DNA of 64,000 nt, taken from positions 75,702,001-75,766,000 of the forward strand of contig NC_043004.1 in the NCBI RefSeq assembly GCF_006345805.1, read 5' to 3'. Shown here one piece after another: positions 54,810 through 64,000 of this stretch (positions within the stretch are counted from its first letter, which is position 1; each line of letters begins with the position of its first letter). Under the pieces are notes generated by a model. That model was not told where the DNA came from. It did not search any database and saw only the letters and a program-made list of their open reading frames with translations. The stretch is from Octopus sinensis. Its lineage: Eukaryota. Position numbers and translations under genes: made by a program.

Positions 54810-55022
54810 GTGGAGGTGCTGAAAAGATCCTGGTTTTAAGTAAAAGAAAATGCAGGAGGATCAGTTAATTATGGTTTTATTCAACATATTCCCCCTCTCA
54901 GATTCACATGCTTATTGCAGGGGTCCTTCAGTTTTTCTAAGCCCTGTAAAAGAACTTGGTAGATCGGGCCTCCAACCAGGCCCTTCACAAATACCCTTAT
55001 ACCAGGAACATTTCAGCACCCC
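54810..55022. mobile_element. Mariner-type MITE
   Basis: TIRs GGTGCTGAAAAGATCCTGGTTTTAAG and CTTATACCAGGAACATTTCAGCACC. Related fragments at 16540-16720 and ~34966. Confidence 0.75.
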
Positions 55023-55059
55023 TTTATATATATGTCTGATCAAAGATTATCGGAACTGG

Positions 55060-55510
55060 TTGTATAAGATAAAATACTACAACGCATCAATTTCATATTT
55101 AATCTTCTTTGAAGTAGTTTCTTTCTGGAACCACACACTTTAACCAGTTTCATTTCCATTGAAGGAAGCATTCCTGGAACCTGTTCCTTTCAAGTAGGAT
55201 TCCTTTCAGCCTTGGTTTCAGGGTCATAGCCATAGACCCTCAATTCATCACTTGTTATGACTGTTTTCAAATCTTCTCAACACAATCACCGAAACTCAAT
55301 TTTTTAATCTTTTTTTTCTTTTAGATGACCACACTCTACACATTTTAGTTCCAAGCACTGCTCTCAACAATGGAAGTGAGTGAGAATGTTATAATTTAGT
55401 GCCCATGTGCGACAGAGTTCGAGACCAATCCATGCCAAGTGGCTTTGTTCTGCATACTTTAGCTGTGTTACCATAGCAACAGTCCTGATATTTTTTGACA
55501 AGACCTCGTT
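55060..55510 (-). mobile_element. Internally deleted mariner relic
   Basis: Minus strand reads VITSDELRVYGYDPETKA, resembling the mariner first-D motif ITGDETWVYxYDPETK. TIR-like end near 55500. Confidence 0.6.
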
Positions 55511-56151
55511 TATATATATGGGCCGACCAAAGCCTTGTGAGTAGATTTGGTAGATGGAAACTGAAAGAAGCCCGTCGTATATATATATGTGTGTGTGTGT
55601 GTGTCTGTGTTTGTCCCCCCAACATTGCCTGAAACCAATGCTGGTGCGTTTACATCCCTGTAACTTAGCAGTTCAGTGAAAGAAACCGATAGAATAAGTA
55701 CTAGGCTTACAAAGAATAAGTCCTGGGGTCGATTTGTTCAGCTAAAGCCAGTGCTCAAGCATGGCCACAGTTTAACGGCTGAAACAAGTAAAAGAAAATT
55801 TAAAAAATGAAAAAAAAAATATATATATATATATATAAATACACTTACACACACACACATATATGTTTATAAAACAATTCAACCATCTGAAATGTTTTAA
55901 TGGGCTATTTAGGAAAGTGATGGAAATCAGCATTTAAAGTGTAAGGAATGCATTTGATATTAATAATTAAGAATTAATATACAACATAGTTTCTAAGCCT
56001 GAAAGGCAAGAGTAATAAAATATCACTAAGCTACAGTAATGTGATAAATTCTGAGATATTTGCGGTTAACATTTCATGCGGACTCTTTGATAAGCAGGGT
56101 GTATCCATGTCAGATATTTCTGCAACTTTCATTTATATATACACAGAAACA

Positions 56152-57427
56152 CACAGGGTGCGGTGAATAAACTGTCATCTAAGTTACACAGAAATGAAAA
56201 TAACAGACATTTCATTTTAACAGATGTATTTTCCAAAATTACAAAAAAATGTCTTGAAATAATAAAATGTAAATTTATTCATTAAAATCGCCATTGGCTT
56301 CAACCATGGCCTCCAGATGACTTCGGAATCTCCTGCAATTCTTCTGGATGGTCTCCTTTTTTAAGTTGTTGAAATGCTGCCATAATCCTTGCCTTCAGTT
56401 CATCTTTGGTGTTACAAGGAGTTTTGTTGGTCTCTCACTCAACTGCACCCCACACATAGTAATCAAGGGGGTTGCAGTCTGGGGAGTTAGGTGGCCAGAT
56501 GTTAGAAATGATGTGGTCGCAAAAATTTTCTGACAGCTATAACTGGATTCTCCTGCTTGTGTGCAAAATCCTCTTGCCAGACATAGGGTCTTCCAGCAGC
56601 TACCCTTTTTATCCAGGGCAGTACTACCTCTTTCAAGTACTTGATGTAGGCCTCTATGTCGAGTCTGAGGCTATGTGGGAAGATGAATAAAGGTATAATG
56701 TTGCTATCACTAGTGATCACTCCAAATACCATGATGTTGACTGGATGTTTGATTTTTATCACTCTTGGTACATGATTTGGGGACATGGCAAGCCAGTGGT
56801 TGTTCTGTGTGTTCACCATCTGATCCTGGCAGAAAATTTTCTCGTCTGAGAAAAACCAAAGCATGTTCAGTTGGCGGGGGATGCTTGAGTTTGTTGAAAA
56901 GCTTTGTAGCGCATTCTTTCCTCATGTCCTTGATGACTTGGGATAAAAATTGGCCCCTTCTCATCTTGTATGAAGAATACTGTATGTCTTCATGCACTAC
57001 TTGCCTGATAAGAAACTCAGACACTCCCATGTCCCTGGCAATGGACCTGACTAACTTGGAGGGATTGTTGTCAATCATGGCCTGGATCTCACCAACAAAT
57101 TCAGGTGTTTTTTTCTTATCAGAACAATCAGAGTGAGTTTTCCAAGCTGCTGTACCTTCGTAATCACCATTAGACTCATCCAACTTTTTCCAAATCCTCT
57201 GCACTGTCCTCAGATTGACACCCAAACACTCTGAAATGTTCGCATTGGAGCATGTCGTTTTCATAGTTGTAGCAGAGTGAATTGCGTAATGGTGCTGCTT
57301 TTCTCACTGTCAGTGCCCAACTGACCCTACTATACTAGGTAGTCAACAAAATTAAAAGCAAACAATGCACCTACATGAAATTAAAAAAATATAAAATGGC
57401 GACAATTTACCTATTACACCCTCTGTA
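56152..57427 (-). mobile_element. Degenerate Tc1/mariner transposon, maT (DD37D)-like
   Basis: N-terminal HTH-like region (56710-57264), then FSDEKIF, WQEDFA (second D region, damaged) and WPPNSPDCNPLDYYVWGAVE. Frameshifted. Degenerate TIRs of the form ACA(C/G)AGGGTG...AAA(C/T)TGTC. Confidence 0.85.
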
Positions 57428-57545
57428 TGTGTGTGTATGTATGTAAATATTGACCTGCTTGCCCAGCCAAAAACTAAAAACAAAGCAAAGCACATTGTGA
57501 CCAGTGATGCATGACAATATCTGATAGCCTGGTCGATTGTGTGAT

Positions 57546-57576
<31 letters not shown>

Positions 57577-58416
57577 TATGTATATACACACCATTATCGT
57601 TTAACATCCATTTTCAGTGCTGGCTCAGATTGGATGATTTGACAAGATCCAGCAAGCTGCAAAGCTGCATCAAGATTCAGTGTCTGCTTTGGCATGGTTT
57701 CTACAGCTGAATGTCTTTCCTCATGTCAACCACTTGACAGGGTGTACTCGGTGCTTTTCTTCGTGGCACCAACATTAGTGAGGTTGCCATGTTAACTTGC
57801 AAGACAGAAAAAGAACAGGGAAAAAAAGAAAAGGCTCCTACAACTAAGAAGGGAGTATTTGAGTGGGGAAAATGAATGTGCTTGGCTTTATGCCAGGTGT
57901 TGAATGGCTAAAGTATGATAGAGGGACAGTATCTATGATAGAGGGACAAGTATAGCATGGAGATACATGTCTGAAGGAGATAAAAGGAAGTGACAGGCTG
58001 CTAGAGCAAACTCTGAAGGTAGAGAGGAGAGACTGTGGGATGTGGAGGAGGATGAGAGAGTGGATACTTTCATAAGAGGGTGGCAGGGTGGAGTAACAGA
58101 TTAAAGATGAATATAATGAGTGGTAGACAAGGATGGAGGTAGAGTTGAAGAGTGATACCAGTATGGAGAAGGGTAAGGTGGGAGATATAGGAGTGGCTCA
58201 GGAAGGGGAATAGCTGAGAAGGTAATGGGATGATGTGGAGCAGGGGAGATATAGAAGTACATAAGGGGCTATAGTAAGAGGGACCTGATGAGAGATATGG
58301 GAGGGCACTGGGAATAATAGCAGATAAGAGAGATGTTAAGAATGGAGAATAGCAGTGGGGAAGAAAGCAGTGGCTGAAGGCACAGCAGGGAGGTGATTGG
58401 TAGAAATAGTGTAGAG

Positions 58417-59141
58417 CAGCATTTCTTAACCAGGGTTCCCCCATAACCAAGGGGTTCCACAAAAGATTACTAGGGGTTCTGCTAGAAAGAATGAGATAAG
58501 CTAATGCTAATGTCATGATCATGATATATTACTATACATGCACAACATATTGGTTTGTAGTAAAGATTATTTGCCAACATATTATGGCAGTCCTGGTTTA
58601 GAATGAATGAATGTTGCTGTAATTTAGCCCCAGGAGACATCGTCTCCAGCTGGCTATATGACACAATCTGTGTCCTTATATTTTCAAACAAGGGAATCTA
58701 GCACCTCCACTCAGCTCAAAACGATATCTGTGTATCGCGATTACAGCAACATTCGTCCTAAACCAGGACTGCCATGTTACATTGGCAAAAATCTTTACTC
58801 CAAAGTACTGTTGCTGAATATCTCTCGTGAGATTTAAAAAATAGTAATTTTCTAATATTATTGGTTTTTGTAATATAGACATCATCCTATCTAACCTATT
58901 ATGTTATCAAAAAAATATAACAACCATTGGGGATATATTTAGTGATGTCTGTAATTTATGGATACCCTATATATAAATATATATACATATATGTATGTAT
59001 GTATATGATATTCACCACATGAACTACAATGAAAAAATATGAGAAGGATATGGCATATAATTTTTTTTTTGTGCAGGGGTTCCTTGAGACATGTAATTTA
59101 TTTTAAGGGTTACGCAAGGGTAAAACAGTTTAGAAACACTT
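58417..59141. mobile_element. hAT (Charlie-like) non-autonomous element
   Basis: Ends CAGCATTTCTTAACC and GTTTAGAAACACT. Near-identical 8-bp TSD GTGTAGAG/GTGTAGAT. Confidence 0.65.
58584..58775. mobile_element. MITE with perfect 18-bp TIRs, nested in the hAT element
   Basis: ATGGCAGTCCTGGTTTAG at 58584-58601 and its exact reverse complement at 58758-58775. Confidence 0.75.
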
Positions 59142-60062
59142 GTGTAGATGATAATAAGGATTGGCGGTGGTCCCAGATGGGGTTAACCAGAAGAGAGGGA
59201 GTGTAATTTGTGCAAATTCTGTTCTCAGGTGATTATAGCAGTTCAGTAGTACCATTGTTAGAGGAGTGATAGATGTTAGGGGATGATAACTGGAGGGAAA
59301 TGCTTGACAAGGCAGACAGAGGAGTGGAGGAACACATACACACACTCACACACACACACACATATACATATACACATGCATGTGTGTATGTGTTCTTTTT
59401 ACACCTGCACTGCCTCTGAAATCAACCTTGAGTCGGGTCTGCGGTTTAAATTGTATTTAGTACTTACATCTCTACATAACTCTGGTATATTACCAACACA
59501 CGATACCGCATGGTTGATTTACTTCACCGGGAGCCCTATGTTATGGTATCAGCCAGTTCTGGCGACCTACTTGTGGATGTGCCTAGATTCTAATGAATCC
59601 TCTAACATATATATGGAGACAAGTACCAGCATTCCCATATTATACGTACATAATGTGTGTGTGTGTGTATACATGTATGTGAATATAAATGTGTATGTGT
59701 GTGTATATATGTATGTGAGTATAAATGTGTGTGTACAGGTATATGTATATGTATAGTGGCTATGTTGAACTCTCTTTTTTATATTGCTATATTTCTGAGA
59801 TTGGAAAAGATTAACCATGATATTATTTTATTATTGCATTGGTGATAGATTGATTAATCTATCCAGCAAGACTGGCAGAAAATAAATACCATTCTCTTAC
59901 TTTGCAGTTGATATGTTGGCTTCTAGGGAGAGATCAAACTTAAGAATACTTGCTTCAAATATTTTTTAATATTAAAAGTATTTCCTAAACTAAATCTCCC
60001 ACCCTGCAATAGAAAGACCATTTATCTTCAATATTATGGCCTTCGATGTACTATACTTTTAA

Positions 60063-60282
60063 CCCTTTCGTTACCAACTTGGCTGAAACTGGCTCTGGCT
60101 CTGAGTACAAATGTCTTGTTTTCATAAGTTTTGAATTAAAATCTTCCACCAAACCTTAGTCACAATTTATGTGCCTAACACTAGCTTAATGACAACTAAG
60201 TTATTTTACTAAATTCTTTGTTATATTTAAAGTAATTGAAAGAAACACAGAGCATCTCAAAATAATTACAGTAACGAAAGAG
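60063..60282. mobile_element. piggyBac-type MITE (TTAA TSD)
   Basis: TTAA|CCCTTTCGTTAC ... GTAACGAAAGAG|TTAA. Confidence 0.75.
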
Positions 60283-61251
60283 TTAAGGTTGTTATGTAGT
60301 TAAACTGTTTGTCTCTTAACTATATGGTTTCAGGTTCATTTCCATTGCATGGTACCTCGAGTAGGTATCTTCTACTATAGCCTTGGGTCAATCAAAGCCT
60401 TGTGACTTTTGAGTGGATTTGGTAGATGGAAACTCAAAGAAGCTTGTCATATTCGTATATATATATATTTCACCACGTGACCACACATACTTTTCTCCAG
60501 ACTATCCTTCCTGCTTTTCCTCTTCTCTGGACTTTTCTTTCTAATCCGATGAAATGCCTCATGCTCAAAAAGTCATTTCCATTCCTATTTTTCCATTAAA
60601 AACTTTCACTGTGCATCAATCTAAAATATTCACTGTGTAAGTCCAATTGATTTTTGTTTTTTTTTATTTTGATTTCATATTGTGTATTTTCCTTTGTGAA
60701 GAGTTACATCATCATCATCATCATCATTTAATGTCCGTTTTCCATGCTGGTATGCGTTGGACTGTTTGACTGGGGACTGGCAAACCAGGAGGCTGCGCCA
60801 GGCTCCAATCTGATCTGGAGGGGTTTCTACAGCTGGATACCTTCCTAATGCCAACCACTCCAAGAGTGTAGTGGGTGCCTTTTACATGCCACTGGCACAG
60901 GTACCATTAACCTGACGCCAGCTTCGGCCATGACTATGATCTCACTTGGCTTGACAGATCAACACAAGAACGGTATACCACCTAGGGTTTCGATCACCTG
61001 TTGCTACCTCCATGAGGCCTAAGGCTCGAATGATGCTTTTCACATGCCATTCAGACAGTGCTGACATCGTCCACAACTACGATTTCACTCAGTTCAACTG
61101 GCCATATATGTAGAGAGAGGCTACAACAGTGAATACAATATATACAATATATACATGCTGACAATAAATACTATTGAGATATTTGCAAAGGGCAAGTGAA
61201 AACAGTGTTGTGAGTAAACAAACATTTAGAGATCAGTACAAATATGTTTAT

Positions 61252-61468
61252 CCCTTTAGCATTCAGATTATTCTGTCAAATGTATTGATTATTTTTTCAC
61301 ATTGTTTTCAATTAATCATGCATTAACTTGTACCTTTGAGATTTTGATGGTGCTTATTTTTAGAGTGACATTGTAGAAAAGATGTGATAGGTAGGATCTG
61401 GCTTGTTTGAACATAAAACAGGTAGAATATTTGGGCTGGATATAGCTGGTTTAAATGCTAAAGGGTTT
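61252..61468. mobile_element. piggyBac-type MITE family CCCTTTAGCATT...AATGCTAAAGGG
   Basis: TIRs visible. Related copies at ~6370-6565, ~34010-34234 and ~42720-42925. Confidence 0.7.
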
Positions 61469-62902
61469 AGACATATTTGACCCGTACTAAGGCCATACTC
61501 AATGCTAATTTGCTTTCTCCCTTTAGGCAATAGATGTTAAAAACACCACCCATCATTTCCTCACCCCCAGGTGGTAGAAAGGTAAATCCATTTCTGGCAT
61601 CTTGGCTAATCATCAGCCACATGAACTGGAAGAGATAGAGACATCCCTGAAATAATTCTGGAATAACCCTGGGCTGACTAAAGCCTTGTTAGTGGATTTG
61701 CTAGACAGAAACTGAAACAGCCCATCATGCATGTGTGTGTGTGTGTGTGTGTGTGCGTGCATGCATGCATCCATCTATCCATCCGTCCATTCCACCATGT
61801 ACAACTGATGTTGATTTGTTTACATCCTCAGGAGTAATTTCAACTGTTTCATGGTCTGCTACCACAACAGCTCCTTTACAGGATCCAGTTATCTCAAGAC
61901 ATCATCAGGAGGAACCACGTCCGGTTTCGGCCCCTACTCCTCTACCGTTTTGACGTGTCCCCCCCCTCCTTTCGAAGGTGTCTTCAGCTCTGGTGTTGGG
62001 TGCATGTCTTCTTTCTTCTGTTCCCTGGCCTCTTCGATATAGCGTCAACAAATGTCAGCAGGAAACTTTTGTTCAATTAAAGCCTTTCAAGGCAGTATTC
62101 CAGCATGGCCACAGTCCAGTAACTGAAACCAGTAAAAGATAAAAGATGACTGAAACACCTTTCTTGATAGGTTCCTGGAGTTAACCAGCAACCGAATTTA
62201 TCTCTGAGTCTCAGAGTCTGCATTTACTTCTCTTACTTCATATCTCCAGTCAGTTTGCTAGCAGATGTATTAGTAATTTTTTGTGGTCTTTTCTGGGGTC
62301 ATTTATAATGCTAAAATTCAACAGGATCAATAGCTTCTCTTGGCACAGGGCATTATGGGACTGCTTCATTAAATGTTATTCACACAAAGCCTTTATATGA
62401 CTCATGAACAATGTGGGATTTGGATCATTCCTCAGATCAGTGTATTTAGAATAGGAAGGAAGCAGGGGGGAATAAAAATCCAACCTTGTTGTGAATCAAA
62501 CAGATATCACTGAACTGCTAGTCGTGTATCTGACTCTGGCTTGTAATGGACCTAATAAGAAATATGGCCAAACCAATTTATTTCTGCATGATGTTGTCCT
62601 TATGATGATGGACATCATCATCATTGTCATCTTGTTGATGATGATGAGTCTTTCATTCATTTGCCACATGGGCCCTTCATTCATATAAAATGTGTGTTAC
62701 ATCATAGATTAGATTACATGATGTCGGGGAATATGTATGTATAGTGTGTTTGTATGTGTGTGTGTGTATGTATATATGTGTATATGTATATATATATATA
62801 TATATATAAATGATAAAACTTACTTGGAAGAGGATGCGTGGTGTTCAATCATATAATATAAATAATATATATATATACATACATATATGTACTTACTTAC
62901 AT

Positions 62903-62942
<40 letters not shown>

Positions 62943-63006
62943 CATGTGACAGGCTTCTTTCAGTTTCCGTCTACCAAATCCACTGTGGAGGCACAGTGGT
63001 TAGTGC

Positions 63007-63217
63007 TTGTTGTTGTTGTTGTTAAGCAACAAGACGGGTCAGGGTGATTAGGTGATGGTCTAGGGCTTAGGGGCGGGAGACCCCAGACCTTGGAAAAAAA
63101 AGAACTTTGGTCATCTTGTTGTAGTCAAGGGCTCTTCGTTGACGCCTGATACCACTGGGAGGTGGCCCTCGAAGTCACTGGAAATGGAGATCTCCAGGTC
63201 CAAATTCTTGAACGGCA
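63007..63217 (-). mobile_element. Young 5'-truncated LINE-like insertion with (AAC)n tail and 10-bp target-site duplication
   Basis: TGGTTAGTGC is duplicated at 62997-63006 and 63218-63227. A (TTG)n tract lies at the left end. The insertion splits the tRNA-like head of a SINE. Confidence 0.75.
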
Positions 63218-63568
63218 TGGTTAGTGCAGCAGAGTCACAGTCGTAGGATCATGGTTTCGATTCCCAGACCAGGCGTTGTGAATGTTTATTGAGCGAAAAC
63301 ACCTAAAGTTCCATGAGGCTCCAGCAGGGGTTGGTGTTGAACCCTGCTGTACTCTTTCACAACAACTTTCTCTCAGTCTTTCTTCCTGTTTCTGTTGTAT
63401 CTGTATTTCAAAGGAGCCAGCCTTGTCACGCTGAATCTCCCCGAGAACTACATTAAAGGTGCACGTGTCTGTGGAGTGCTCAGCCACTTGCACGTTAATA
63501 TCATGAGCAGGCTGTTCCATTGATTGGATCAACAGGAACCCTCATTGTCGCAACTGACAGAGTGCTAC
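63218..63568 (+). mobile_element. tRNA-headed SINE, third family
   Basis: GGTTAGTGC...ATGGTTTCGATTCCCAGACC head. Tail matches 16930-17040. Confidence 0.65.
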
Positions 63569-64000
63569 CAAATCCACTCACATAGCTTCGGTCAGCCTGC
63601 GGTTATAGGCAGGCAGAGACATTAGCACGCCGGGCAAAATGCGTAGCCATATTTCGTCTGCCACTATGTTCTGAGTTCAAATTCCGCTGAGGTCGACTTT
63701 GCCTTTCATCCTTTCGGGGTTGATAAATTAAGTACCAGTTACGCACTGGGGTCGATATAATCAACTTAATCTGTTTGTCTGTCCTTGTTTGTCCTCTCTG
63801 TGTTTAGCCCCTTGTGGGTAGTAAAGAAATAGGTTATAATAGATGTTGCTTGCCCGGTGTGCCACCCAGTGGGACTGAACTCAGAACTATGTAGTTGGGG
63901 AAACAAGCTTCTTACCACACTGCAGCACCTGATCCTTTGTATTTACTAAATATTTTTGCACATACAATGATCTGCGTGTGAAAATCACAAAGTCAATGTC

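Noticed and set aside
60540-60580. Degenerate hammerhead-like string CCGATGAAATGCCTCATGCTCAAAAAGTC; also strings at ~35640 and ~53138
   Set aside because: Core nucleotides are mutated or missing. At most dead Penelope-type remnants.
61828-61990. CTGATGA/CTGAAGA...GAAAC motifs on the minus strand resembling hammerheads
   Set aside because: Stem I and the cleavage triplet cannot be drawn consistently. More likely a GC-rich retroelement fragment.

Overview
This is AT-rich, repeat-dense eukaryotic DNA. The SINE/LINE content and the (AT)n/(ATG)n microsatellite load suggest a coleoid cephalopod, probably Octopus; that assignment is inferred from remembered repeat sequences, not from a search. The only confidently recognisable host gene is the first coding exon of the ERAD ubiquitin-conjugating enzyme UBE2G2/Ubc7 (4842-4884, +). 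It sits at a CpG-rich, probably bidirectional promoter, opposite a probable first coding exon of an unidentified gene (3435-3464, -). I found no further UBE2G2 exons, so the remaining ~59 kb appears to be intron. That stretch contains a young, 5'-truncated RTE LINE with an uninterrupted 944-aa APE-RT ORF carrying an internal PHD finger, about 25 RTE 3'-tail copies, several tRNA-derived SINE families, Ty3/Gypsy and Tc1/mariner (maT-like) relics, hAT- and piggyBac-type MITEs, and long microsatellites. The most notable observations are the PHD finger inside RTE ORF2, a minimal hammerhead-ribozyme motif in a near-perfect fold-back, a series of local fold-back inversions of different ages, a duplicated CCAAT-N16-GGTCACG module, and a second CpG-rich island at ~48.4-50.3 kb with no identified gene. 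There is no prokaryotic system, CRISPR array, rRNA or genuine tRNA gene.
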